Shown here one piece after another: positions 18,000 through 27,260 of a DNA stretch of 49,241 bases. Below the pieces are notes generated by a model that saw nothing but the letters and a program-made list of their open reading frames with translations, ran no database searches and was not told where the DNA came from. The stretch is from positions 1-49,241 of the forward strand of contig DASWBL010000057.1 in the NCBI GenBank assembly GCA_036390615.1, written 5' to 3'. The stretch is from Steroidobacteraceae bacterium (GTDB lineage Bacteria; Pseudomonadota; Gammaproteobacteria; Steroidobacterales; Steroidobacteraceae). Every line of letters starts with the position of its first letter. The first letter of the stretch is position 1. The translations under genes were made by a program, and so were the position numbers.

Positions 18000-20381
18000 C
18001 TAGCGCTTGGAAGGTTCCAAATTCGTCAGTGCGCGCAACGGTCCGATGTGCTGTTCGTAGTTTCGCCAACGATCTATCGAAGACTTGCTGATTTTCTGTC
18101 GCACCTGCCATTTGCTCGCAGTGGTGACCCTGCGGCTGACCGTATGAAACTCAAGGCAGCGTGGGTCCCACGGCAGCCCGATAAATTCCACCAGCCGTCG
18201 GCTCCAGACTTCGGGCTCATTAATTAATGCTTCATATCGGATTTCGAGCAGTCGGTCTGGCGGCAGCACCGCGCGCCAATGCGCGATCATGCGCAGATAC
18301 TCGGAATAATAGTGCGCCAGATCTTCCAGGTCATTGGCGTAGGGCAGGGCGGTTGAGAAATTCTGGAAGTAGACGGATAGACAGGTATCGATCGGATGAC
18401 GCCGGACGTGAATGATGCGTGCTTCTGGAAGGGCCGCGTGCATCAAGCCCAGATTCATGAAATTCGCCGGCATCTTGTCCACGACCCGCATTGCGTCCGG
18501 CGCTAGGCTTTGAAGCACTTTTAGGTAACCTTCACCAAACGTGGACACCGCGCCCGGACTCGCATTGGTTGCAAACACAGACGACTCGTAGTTCGCCGCC
18601 GCAGTGTTCCAATACGAAAGCTCACCCGCACCGAACCCCGCGGGGTGTGATGCCAGAATCTGCTCGATCAGCGTCGTGCCGGATCGTGGCATTCCAACAA
18701 CGAAGACTGGACGTCGCGCGTTAATGGCCCCGCTACGCTCGCGCTCCAGCCACATCCGATCATAGAGCGCGATCCTTCGATCAACCAGTTGGCTCAGCCG
18801 TTGCCGGTCGTATTTCAGGCCATACTGGCAGACCAAATCATTAGCGCGCCGGTAATTCGCAAAGGCCTGTTCATAATTCTTCACATCATCGAAATACTTT
18901 CCGACTGAGAAGCGCAGGCTGATCTCGTGCCGGACGGGCAATTCCTTGCCGATCAGCCGTTGCGCCGTCGTTAGCCAGTTGGCATCGTTGCTACCCATTT
19001 TCCTGAATCGCGGAATACCGGCCCAAGCGACCGGCAGTTCAGGATCGATAGAAATCGCCTGCCGAAAAAGCCGCTCTGCGCCGGCAAAGTCCCCGCGGTC
19101 CGCAAGGAACTCCGCCATGAACGTGAGCGCCTCAGCATTGTTCGGCGCAATCTCAACCGCCTTGCCGCAGCTTGCCTCAGCCTCATCCGACCGCCCCATC
19201 TTACGCAAGGTCATGCTGAGCCCGAGAAACGCCGTGGCGTATTCCGGCTTCAATGCAAGCGCTTGCCTATAGCTGGATTCGGCCTCAGTCAGCTGCGTCA
19301 GATCCATCAATGCGTTGCCGAGATTGTTGAAAATCTCCGGGAGGGTCGGCTGAAGTTCCAGCGCGCGTCGGAAACAAGTCATCGCTTCCTCAAGTCGCCC
19401 GAGATCGCGCAGGGCGTTACCCAGGTTGCCGTAGACCGCTGCCTGGTCCGGCGCGAGCTCGATTGCCTTTCGGTAGCAGCGCTCCGCTTCACCGGGGTGA
19501 CCGAGCTGCATCTGCAGATTGCCGAGCCTGTTATGAAGCTCAGCCAGATCCGGTCGCAATTCGAGTGCGCGCTGGTAAGCAACAAGTGCCCGGTCTAAGT
19601 CGCCGGAATCGCGCAATGCGTCGGCGAGCCCAATCTGCGCGTCGCCCATCGTGGGATTGAAGTGCAGCGCCCGACGATAGCCCGCGACCGCGTCGGCGCG
19701 GCGTCCGATTTTTATCCAGGCATTAGCAAGGTTTGAGTGTGCCTCGGCAAAGTCGGGCCGCAGCTGGATAGCCTTCTGGTAGCACGCCAACGCTTCGTCG
19801 GTATTGCCGAGCGCTAGCAGCGAGTTGCCAAGGTTGCTATGAGCCTCGGCCATGTCGGGCCTAAGCCGCAAGGCCCTGCGGAAACTCGCCAGTGAATCTT
19901 CGTGCCTACCCAGATCCTGAAGCGTTGAGCCGAGTGCATCGTGCGCTTCAGCAAAATCGGGACGCAGCTGGATCGCTCGCCGATAGGCGTCAGCGGCCGC
20001 CGCGGGCTCGGCACCGTCCTGCATTGCGTTGCCAAAAAAATAATGCGTCTCTGGATCCTCAGGCAGGAGCTGTGCCGCGCGCTGTAATTCGTGCACTGCC
20101 GGCTGTCGCTGCTGCACTAATGCGGCACCCCGGAGCTTCCAAAGCGGGCCGTGCTCCGGGTACTGTCGGATAAGTTCTCCGGCCCGATGGGCTACTTCAG
20201 CGAATCGCCCGTTGTTCATCAGTATGGCGAGATCGCGCAGCTCGGCAGGCGGGGGCGAGTCCGCCGGCGCGGGGCCGCGAGAATGTGACTTGGCTTGCGC
20301 CGGCTCAGCTACCTTACCGCAGCAGTTCTTGTATTTTGTCGAACTGCCGCAGGGGCATGGATCATTTCTTCCGGGTTTCAC
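18000..20381 (-). CDS. SEC-C motif / multi-TPR / sulfotransferase fusion protein
   Basis: 793 aa. The N-terminus carries a SEC-C metal-binding motif (NDPCPCGSSTKYKNCCGK). About a dozen 34-aa TPR units follow (recurring AxxxYxxAlxlxPdxAEAhxNLGN). The C-terminal sulfotransferase domain has the 5'-PSB loop VFVVGMPRSGTTLIEQIL and an RHPIDTCLS block. Confidence 0.85.
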   Translation of the reverse strand: MKPGRNDPCPCGSSTKYKNCCGKVAEPAQAKSHSRGPAPADSPPPAELRDLAILMNNGRFAEVAHRAGELIRQYPEHGPLWKLRGAALVQQRQPAVHELQRAAQLLPEDPETHYFFGNAMQDGAEPAAAADAYRRAIQLRPDFAEAHDALGSTLQDLGRHEDSLASFRRALRLRPDMAEAHSNLGNSLLALGNTDEALACYQKAIQLRPDFAEAHSNLANAWIKIGRRADAVAGYRRALHFNPTMGDAQIGLADALRDSGDLDRALVAYQRALELRPDLAELHNRLGNLQMQLGHPGEAERCYRKAIELAPDQAAVYGNLGNALRDLGRLEEAMTCFRRALELQPTLPEIFNNLGNALMDLTQLTEAESSYRQALALKPEYATAFLGLSMTLRKMGRSDEAEASCGKAVEIAPNNAEALTFMAEFLADRGDFAGAERLFRQAISIDPELPVAWAGIPRFRKMGSNDANWLTTAQRLIGKELPVRHEISLRFSVGKYFDDVKNYEQAFANYRRANDLVCQYGLKYDRQRLSQLVDRRIALYDRMWLERERSGAINARRPVFVVGMPRSGTTLIEQILASHPAGFGAGELSYWNTAAANYESSVFATNASPGAVSTFGEGYLKVLQSLAPDAMRVVDKMPANFMNLGLMHAALPEARIIHVRRHPIDTCLSVYFQNFSTALPYANDLEDLAHYYSEYLRMIAHWRAVLPPDRLLEIRYEALINEPEVWSRRLVEFIGLPWDPRCLEFHTVSRRVTTASKWQVRQKISKSSIDRWRNYEQHIGPLRALTNLEPSKR

Positions 20382-20547
20382 ACGTAGCTACCGGGCTGGT
20401 TCTTTAAGTCCTAAATTTAGGGCTGCTGCCATGTTGCGGCCTGCCCAGTCGATGGTCAAACGGTCGCTTTTATTTGCTTGCGGGAAGGCAAGAATACCTG
20501 TTGCAAAGGCAGCGACCGGCGATCAGCCACAGTAGAATCCGCAGCGG

Positions 20548-21735
20548 TCAGCCCACCCCACTATTTTGTCCCAGCAGGCTGGCAATCAGTTCCTCGCCGA
20601 TTGCAAAGCCTATAGACGCGCCGGCGCCCGTGGTGACGACAGCAATACGGACCGATGCTTCCGGCGTGTCGATCAATACTGATCGGTCAGAAGCGGAGGC
20701 GATCGTTCCCGCCCAGCGGTCGATTGTTGGTGGCGGCTCGATGCCAAGCGCCGCGCGAAATTCGTCGAGAATCAGCGCGTCGACTTCTTCGTGCAGGAGT
20801 GAATCTGGAGTTACCGCGTAGTGGTGGCTGTCACCTACAACAAGGCTGCCATCCGCGTTTTGCGCAACTATGAGGTGGACGCCGTGCCGGAGATGTTCCG
20901 GCTGTTCGACGCCGAGGCGCGCCTTGAGCGGTGCCGCTTCGGCCAGGCTCGCATAGCCAGGGTAACGCGTAAGCCCGAGGTCGGACATGACAGTAGCCGG
21001 TAGCCTGAATCCCGGATCGGCGAGTCTGAGCATCTGCAATTTGCAGCGACTGAGCGAGTACGCGGCCAGCCGCTCCGGATAGAGCGCATTGAAGTCATCA
21101 CCGGGGCAGACTACCACTCGCTCCGCCTGAACGACGCCGCCCGACGTGCGGATGCCGGGCATGTCCACGCTGAGCACCGCAGTGCTGCGCAGAAAAGTGA
21201 CGCCGTGGGCGCTGGCAAGCCACGCCGCAAGTCGTGGAATCGCTTCTCGCGACTCAACCCTAAGCTCAACTGTACTCTCAAGAACCGCCGCCATTCGCGG
21301 TGCAACAAGCTGTGGACAACGGCGTCGCGCCTCGGTCGGACTCAGGAGACGGCAGCCGGCAGCCATCTCAGTCGCCATGAATGCCTCAAGGATTCGCAGC
21401 GACTCAGGCCGGCGGACAACCATCCACAGACCTGATTGAACAACCGGTATAGCGGCCAACTCGGCCACTTCACGCCAGATCTCACGGGTGCGCCGCGCAC
21501 GCTCCCACATTGCCTGGCGCTCCTGGCCGGTCACAGCCACGAAGCCGAAATTTCGAACAGAAGCGCCGTTCGCCTGCGCATCGCGATCAATTACAAGTAC
21601 TCTTAAGCCGCGTCGCGCGCCCGCCAAGGCCGTGGCCAATCCAACAATACCGGCACCAACCACGGCCAGGTCAAAACGCTCGGATATCAGGCCCGAAGAA
21701 CGATTTTCCCTTGTGCGTCTACCGGGCGAATCCAC
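20548..21735 (-). CDS. DAO-family FAD-dependent oxidoreductase (TIGR03364/HpnW-like, phosphonate-transporter-associated type)
   Basis: 395 aa with a GTG start 3 nt after the upstream permease stop. It has the Rossmann motif DLAVVGAGIVGLATALAGARRGLRV followed by GASVRNFGFV, which I recall as typical of TIGR03364. It is the last gene of the ABC importer operon. Confidence 0.72.
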   Translation of the reverse strand: MDSPGRRTRENRSSGLISERFDLAVVGAGIVGLATALAGARRGLRVLVIDRDAQANGASVRNFGFVAVTGQERQAMWERARRTREIWREVAELAAIPVVQSGLWMVVRRPESLRILEAFMATEMAAGCRLLSPTEARRRCPQLVAPRMAAVLESTVELRVESREAIPRLAAWLASAHGVTFLRSTAVLSVDMPGIRTSGGVVQAERVVVCPGDDFNALYPERLAAYSLSRCKLQMLRLADPGFRLPATVMSDLGLTRYPGYASLAEAAPLKARLGVEQPEHLRHGVHLIVAQNADGSLVVGDSHHYAVTPDSLLHEEVDALILDEFRAALGIEPPPTIDRWAGTIASASDRSVLIDTPEASVRIAVVTTGAGASIGFAIGEELIASLLGQNSGVG

Positions 21736-21738
21736 CGC

Positions 21739-22599
21739 TCAGGCTTCCTGGCGTCGGCCTCGGCGAACAAGGGTCAGGGCCAGTATTGCCGACGCTACCA
21801 TCAGGAACAGACTGACTGCATTCAGCACTGGCGTAGCGCCTTCGCGCATTCGCCCGTACATCATGATCGTCAGTGGGGCGTCGGAGCCAACCAGCATCAG
21901 CGTCGTATTGAAGTTTTCAAAGGACATCAAAAAGGCGATTGCCGCCGCGCCAATCATTGCTGGCCGCAGATAAGGCAGCGTCACTGTTCTCAGGACCGCG
22001 GTGTTTGAAGCGCCCAGATTAAGCGCGGCTTCCTCCAGTGTGAGGTCGAAACGCTTCAGTCGCGCACTGATCGTGAGCGTCGCAATGGCGGCAATGTAGG
22101 AAAACTGGCCTAGGACGACGAGCGGCAGGCCGGGACGCAAAAAATCCAGATCTAATCCGAACAGGTCACTGCAAAGGTCGGCGATACGGCTCGCAAAGGC
22201 CAGAATGGAAATGCCAAGAATCACACCGGGAATCACCAGCGGCGCGAGCATCAACATAGACAACGCGCCTTTGCCCGGAAATGTGGCACGCTCCATCAAA
22301 AACGCATTGGCGGTGCCGACGAGCACCGACAGCACCGTGACCCACAAGGCAACGGTACAGCTGGTCCAGATGCTGCCAAGCAATTCCTGATCGCCGAATA
22401 ATCCGGTGCGTCCGCCAGCTTCATTGCCGAGAAACCAATCGAGCGTAAAACCATGCCACGGCGGGGCCGGGTAGGGGGCGTCATTGAACGCAAAAATCGC
22501 GACGATCAACAGTGGCAGGAACAGGAAGATCAAAAACGCGGCCAGGTACAGTGCGGTCGCAGCCTTCAACCAGGCGGGTCGTGGCAAAGTCGGAATCAT
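21739..22599 (-). CDS. ABC transporter permease (PotI/PhnV-like)
   Basis: 286 aa, about 6 TM, with an EAA-loop region LEEAALNLGASNTAVLRTVTLPYLRPA. Its ATG overlaps the upstream permease stop (ATGA at 22596-22599). Confidence 0.85.
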   Translation of the reverse strand: MIPTLPRPAWLKAATALYLAAFLIFLFLPLLIVAIFAFNDAPYPAPPWHGFTLDWFLGNEAGGRTGLFGDQELLGSIWTSCTVALWVTVLSVLVGTANAFLMERATFPGKGALSMLMLAPLVIPGVILGISILAFASRIADLCSDLFGLDLDFLRPGLPLVVLGQFSYIAAIATLTISARLKRFDLTLEEAALNLGASNTAVLRTVTLPYLRPAMIGAAAIAFLMSFENFNTTLMLVGSDAPLTIMMYGRMREGATPVLNAVSLFLMVASAILALTLVRRGRRQEA

Positions 22600-23480
22600 G
22601 TGCGGCGCATGACGTCGCTGAAGCGCTGGCCACTGAGTTTTAGGCCCAGCCAGACCATGGCGGTCGACAGTGCCAGCAACAGAAAGCCGAAGGCCGCACC
22701 CTGCTCCCAGTTAAAGCGGGTAATGAACTGCGTGTAGATCTGCTCAGTGAACCATTGCGAGTTCTTTCCACCCAGCAGAGTCGGAGTCAAATAATTGCCT
22801 AGGGTCAGCATGAATACAACGATGCAGCCGGCGGTAATGCCAGGTGCCGCGTGCGGGATGATTATTTCGCGCAGGATCGCCCAGCCCTTGCCACCTAGGT
22901 CGTATGCGGCCTCGATCAGCGCGTTGTCCAGGCTTTCGAGGCTTCCTACCAGCGGCACGACCATGAACAGCAGTGACGTGTAGACAAGGCCGACGAGAAT
23001 GGTAGCGTTGTGGTAAAGCAGCTCCACCGGCTGATCGGTCAGGCCAAGGTACGCAAGCAGGTGAGGCAGAACTCCTGATTCGCGCAGCAGGATCATCCAG
23101 CCGAGCGTACGCACTGTCTCGCTGACCCAGAACGGGATCAGGCATACTACAAACAGCAAAGCACTCGTGCGCCCGCGCGCGAGCTTGGCAATAATCCAGG
23201 CGATCGGGAAGGCGATCAGCAGTGTCAAGGCCGTGGCAATCGCCGAGATAATGGCCGTCCGGACAAACACGTGCCAGTAAAGCGGTTCGTGAAAGAAGTT
23301 GCGGTACTGCGCGAGGCTTGCCACGTATTCGCGCGGCGCGACTCGCTCTCGAAACGACAATAGCGCCAGATCAAAGTGCGGCAGCACGATCAGCGCAAAC
23401 AGCCAGAGCAGCGCCGGAGCCAGCAGTAGTCCGAGCACCAGGCGCCGGTACCAGGCAGATGTCGGCATGGCCTCAAGCAT
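22596..23480 (-). CDS. ABC transporter permease (PotH/PhnU-like)
   Basis: About 6 TM, with an EAA-loop region LIEAAYDLGGKGWAILREIIIPHAAPG. I place the start at the ATG at 23480 (MLEAMPTSAWY), overlapping the ATPase stop by 8 nt. The ATG at 23468 is an alternative start. Confidence 0.85.
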   Translation of the reverse strand: MLEAMPTSAWYRRLVLGLLLAPALLWLFALIVLPHFDLALLSFRERVAPREYVASLAQYRNFFHEPLYWHVFVRTAIISAIATALTLLIAFPIAWIIAKLARGRTSALLFVVCLIPFWVSETVRTLGWMILLRESGVLPHLLAYLGLTDQPVELLYHNATILVGLVYTSLLFMVVPLVGSLESLDNALIEAAYDLGGKGWAILREIIIPHAAPGITAGCIVVFMLTLGNYLTPTLLGGKNSQWFTEQIYTQFITRFNWEQGAAFGFLLLALSTAMVWLGLKLSGQRFSDVMRRT

Positions 23481-24606
23481 TTGCGCCCGCAGCGGCGAAG
23501 CAGATCGCCTGTTCCGGGTCAAAGCTGAAATGAATGTGATTGCCAACTTGCAGATCCGCAAAAGCGCCTGTCTGTGGCAATGCGATGCGAAATTCGAACT
23601 GACTTCGTTGTTCCTTGAGCAGTACCGCAGAATTCGCCCCGTCGAATAACAGGCTTACGACCTCGCCGCTGTGTTTCTGCTGCCCGGACGGCAGTTCTCC
23701 GGGTGCTCGCCCGAGCGTCGTCGCCTCGGGTCGGATGAAAGCCTCTACCTTTCCGCCGATCGCAATCGCGCCGTGGCTTCGCGCTCTTATTAGCCAGCCG
23801 TCGGCGGTCTCTACATCTACCAGCGATCCATTAACAGCGACTGCCTTGCCGGCCAAGCGGTTATTGGCGCCAACGAAACCGGCGACAAACGACGTGGCGG
23901 GTGAATAGTAGAGTTCCTGCGGTGTGCCGAGTTGCTCAAAGCGGCCGCGGTTCATCACACCGACGTGATCGGATAAGACCAACGCCTCGGACTGATCGTG
24001 CGTGATGTAGACAAACGTCGTGCCGAATGCGGCCTGCAACTGCTTCAGCTCTATCTTCATGTGTTCGCGCAATTTCAGATCCAGCGCCCCGAGCGGTTCA
24101 TCCAGCAGCAATAGCGTCGGTTCAAGCACGAGACTGCGGGCGATAGCCACCCGCTGCCGCTGGCCGCCGGAAAGTTCATCAACCCGCTTGCCGCCAGCGC
24201 CCCCGAGACTGACCCGCTCCAGCATTGCATCGGCGCGTCGCATGCGTTCGGCGCGTCCCACGCCGCGCCGCGCCAGCCCAAAGGCAACGTTTTGGCGCAC
24301 TGACATCATCGGGAATAGGGCAAGTTGCTGGAAAACCATATTGACTGGGCGCCGGTTAGGAGCGACGCCAGCCATGCTGCGACCACCGATCGCGATATCG
24401 CCTGCGTCCGGCTGAATGAAGCCTGCGATCATCCGTAGCAAAGTCGTCTTGCCGCAGCCGGAGGGTCCAAGAATCGAAAAGAAGCTGCCGCGGGCAACGC
24501 TGAAGGACAGGTCGTCAACCGCCACGTGGGCGGCAAAGCGTTTGCCGACGCTACGGGCTACCAGGTCTGGCGCCGCGTTTGCGCCAGCTGTCGCCGGACT
24601 GCTCAA
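23473..24606 (-). CDS. ABC transporter ATP-binding protein (PotG/PotA/PhnT-like)
   Basis: It has Walker A GPSGCGKTT, the signature LSGGQRQRVAIARSL and Walker B LLLLDEPLGALD, plus a C-terminal regulatory (TOBE-like) domain. The start is uncertain. The ATG at 24678 would overlap the binding-protein gene by 75 nt, so I prefer the TTG at 24606, which forms TTGA with that gene's stop. Confidence 0.88.
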   Translation of the reverse strand: MSSPATAGANAAPDLVARSVGKRFAAHVAVDDLSFSVARGSFFSILGPSGCGKTTLLRMIAGFIQPDAGDIAIGGRSMAGVAPNRRPVNMVFQQLALFPMMSVRQNVAFGLARRGVGRAERMRRADAMLERVSLGGAGGKRVDELSGGQRQRVAIARSLVLEPTLLLLDEPLGALDLKLREHMKIELKQLQAAFGTTFVYITHDQSEALVLSDHVGVMNRGRFEQLGTPQELYYSPATSFVAGFVGANNRLAGKAVAVNGSLVDVETADGWLIRARSHGAIAIGGKVEAFIRPEATTLGRAPGELPSGQQKHSGEVVSLLFDGANSAVLLKEQRSQFEFRIALPQTGAFADLQVGNHIHFSFDPEQAICFAAAGANA

Positions 24607-25664
24607 TCGGCCGCCTTTATCCGGTCGAGTACACCGCCTTCGATTTCTTCGAGTCCCGGCGGAATTGCCGGATACCACTTTATGTTCTTCATACCGTCCG
24701 GAAAGCTGACTGCAAATTGTGCGCGCAACTTCGGATCCATCAGCAGATCAGCCCCTTTGGACGCCGTAAAATTGCCAATGGATTTGCCAACCTTAGCCGC
24801 GTTTTCTGGGCGCATCACGAAATTGATCCACGCGTACGCGCCCGCTTCATTGCGGCCACGCGCCGGCAACGCGAAAGTGTCCAGCCAAGCGATTGCCCCC
24901 GACTTGGGGTTAATAAACTTGATGTCGGGATTTTCACGGTTCAACGCCCATCCCCCGGAGTCCCACATCATGGCTGCATCTATCTCCCCCGACCGCACGC
25001 CATTAAGCAGCTGGTCCTTATTGTCATAGAAAAACCGGAAATTGACCTTGCACGCAGTAAGAGTTTTGCCGACCGCTTCCATCAGCGCCGTGTAGGCCTT
25101 GATGTTACCGTACAGAGCAAATGGATCCTGTCCGGAGGCCAAAGCAAAGGCCATCAGGGTTGGCCGCTTCAGCCGCACCGCCGTCTTGCCTTTTAGTTGC
25201 GGTTTACAAAGATCCGTGTAGTCGCCTATCTGGGTGCGTTTGGAGTTATAAACCAGGCCCTCCGTACCCCAGACGTAGGGCAGACCGTAGAGCTTGCCGT
25301 CGATGGTGGCGTTCTTCTTAACGGTGTCGACTAACTCCGGCACGAATTCGTCAAGTTTTATCTTGCTGACATCGAACGGCTTGTAAATTCGAAATTCCTG
25401 TTGGGCGCCCAGAATCCGATCCTGCGAAGGCTGCGCCAGGTCAAAACCAGCTCCGCCCGTAGCCCGCAATTTTGAAATCATTTCCTCGTTGTTTGAAAGC
25501 GTCACTTCGACCTGAATGCCGGTCTCCTGCTTGAATTGCGCTATCAATGCCGCGGGAACGTAATCGGCCCAGCTGATGATCCGCAGCACTTTTGCATCAT
25601 CAGCGCGCGCCGGCGAGGCAATGACGCAGCCCAGTGCTAGCAGGACGGAAAGTGTGCGCTTCAT
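24603..25664 (-). CDS. Periplasmic substrate-binding protein, PotD/PotF/PhnS family
   Basis: 353 aa with a signal peptide (MKRTLSVLLALGCVIASPARA). Family-typical blocks are LRIISWADYVP, NNEEMISKLRATGGAGFDLAQPS and AAMMWDSG. It is the first gene of an SBP-ATPase-permease-permease operon. Confidence 0.83.
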   Translation of the reverse strand: MKRTLSVLLALGCVIASPARADDAKVLRIISWADYVPAALIAQFKQETGIQVEVTLSNNEEMISKLRATGGAGFDLAQPSQDRILGAQQEFRIYKPFDVSKIKLDEFVPELVDTVKKNATIDGKLYGLPYVWGTEGLVYNSKRTQIGDYTDLCKPQLKGKTAVRLKRPTLMAFALASGQDPFALYGNIKAYTALMEAVGKTLTACKVNFRFFYDNKDQLLNGVRSGEIDAAMMWDSGGWALNRENPDIKFINPKSGAIAWLDTFALPARGRNEAGAYAWINFVMRPENAAKVGKSIGNFTASKGADLLMDPKLRAQFAVSFPDGMKNIKWYPAIPPGLEEIEGGVLDRIKAAD

Positions 25665-25955
25665 GAATGCTCCGGACGCCGGCCAAACTGGCCAGCTGTT
25701 GCAAGAGGAAGAGATGTTCCGATCAACATTTGCTCTAACCTATTGAAATTATGCAGAATCGAAGTTCGGCTCAGCCTGCGCGATTATAGTTTGCCGTCCG
25801 CGCTAACGTCGCCGCCCTCGCCGAAAACTGGCCCGCGGACCTTTGGCTGAGGATAGTTTTAATAGGACATCACGGCAATAGCCCACCGGCATCGACCTGT
25901 ATCGCCTCCCTTATATATGAGCCCCGTGCCGTCTTGTCCGCCGATTCGCAGCCAT

Positions 25956-27260
25956 TTAATTGGCCGGGGCGGTCTCCCGTGCCAATTCAAGTCCGTGGCC
26001 GCTCGGGCCGCTTTCACGCCGCCAAAGCAAGACTACTGAAGCGAGCGCAGTAAGGCTTAGTAAGCCAAAAAACCAAAGCATCGTCGTGTACCCGGCCGGG
26101 TGCGCGGGTCCGGCGCCAGCCTTGTCAGCCAGCCAACCGGCGAGTCGATTGGAGCCCCATAGCCCGACGTTTTGCAGCAGCGTGATGATGCCAAGCGCGG
26201 TACCAAGTCGTTTGGGGTCGACAATGATCGTCGTCGCTGGCCAGATAACTGCCGGCACAAGCGAAAAACTTACGCCCATGAGGACCGTTGAAATCCACGG
26301 ACTCCAATCCGTGACCCCCAGCACTACAAACGTAACCGGCAGAAGTATTGTTCCAAAAGTCAGCATTAGCGCACGGTGACCGAAGCGGTCTGCCAGCAGG
26401 CCGAAAAACGGCGTTGCGATAATTGCCGCCGCAAACACGCCGGAATTGACGCTCCCGGCCTGCTGCAACGTCAGGTGTTTGGCGTGCTGAAAGTATTCAA
26501 TTGCGTAAGTCTGTCGGAACGGAAAAAACACCGCAGCGTACAACACATGCAATCCGAGGATGTACCAGTATGAAAGGTCAAATCTCCAGATATCGGACCA
26601 ACTCAAGCGTTCGCGCTTGGCTAGGCCCGCGGCCACCAGCGCTATGCGTCGCGAATCGAGCAGCCGAAATAGTATGGTAGCGGCGAGACCCGCACCCGTA
26701 ATTGCTGCGCCGAGCCACAAGGGCTGCTGCCAGCCAGCGTCGTAAAGCGGCCGCGCCCAGGTGGTCGAAGTGTCAAGCGAGAAAGACCCAACCCGGGCAA
26801 GACAGAGGAATAGCGAAAGGGCGAGAGCGACCCCAGTGCGCGAAAACCATTGCGCCACGCCGGCCACGAGCGAGATAAAGATTGCGCCTTCGCTCATGCC
26901 AAATACGAAGCGGCCGGCCCACATCAGATCATAGGTTGTGCCGATAGCGGTCATGACGGCGCCTACGAAGCCGATAATGGCTGCCCACAACGTTACGCGC
27001 GCCGGACCAAAGCGATCGATAAGCAGTCCGTTGATCAGAGCGAGCGGAATGTTTGGAAGACTGATTACGGCCGTCAGGTCACCGATCTGGTACTGACTGA
27101 AGCCGCGTTGGCGTCCGAGCAGGTCGGCAATGGCGCCAATAACGTCCGATTCGTAGTAACTGCTGAAAATCGCAGTTGCCGCAAGGCCGAGTGCCAACCA
27201 GCGCAAGGGCGAGGTTCCGCGGCCGTCTTCATGTTCCGCGCCCGCGACGGCGTGACTCAC
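25956..27260 (-). CDS. MFS transporter (substrate unknown)
   Basis: 434 aa with about 12 TM. Its GTG start overlaps the stop of the upstream flavoprotein gene (GTGA at 27257-27260). An MFS loop motif-like segment GLLIDRFGPARV is present. Confidence 0.78.
   Translation of the reverse strand: MSHAVAGAEHEDGRGTSPLRWLALGLAATAIFSSYYESDVIGAIADLLGRQRGFSQYQIGDLTAVISLPNIPLALINGLLIDRFGPARVTLWAAIIGFVGAVMTAIGTTYDLMWAGRFVFGMSEGAIFISLVAGVAQWFSRTGVALALSLFLCLARVGSFSLDTSTTWARPLYDAGWQQPLWLGAAITGAGLAATILFRLLDSRRIALVAAGLAKRERLSWSDIWRFDLSYWYILGLHVLYAAVFFPFRQTYAIEYFQHAKHLTLQQAGSVNSGVFAAAIIATPFFGLLADRFGHRALMLTFGTILLPVTFVVLGVTDWSPWISTVLMGVSFSLVPAVIWPATTIIVDPKRLGTALGIITLLQNVGLWGSNRLAGWLADKAGAGPAHPAGYTTMLWFFGLLSLTALASVVLLWRRESGPSGHGLELARETAPAN

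Noticed and set aside
17657-18000. Possible riboswitch (for example glycine or choline related) in the 344-bp leader of the APC permease
   Set aside because: The reverse-complement reading shows none of the conserved glycine-riboswitch cores (GGAGAG..CACCG..GGGGCAA type) and no other leader I recognise. I cannot support a call without covariance-model searches.
25665-25955. Pho-box search in this spacer and in 30573-30810 and 6499-6587
   Set aside because: I found no tandem CTGTCAT-type 7-bp repeats at 11-bp spacing in any of the three regions. The only structured element is the GGTAATTYTATGG repeat pair, reported separately. The 5-bp GGCCA/TGGCC hairpin at about 25682-25695 is too weak to call.
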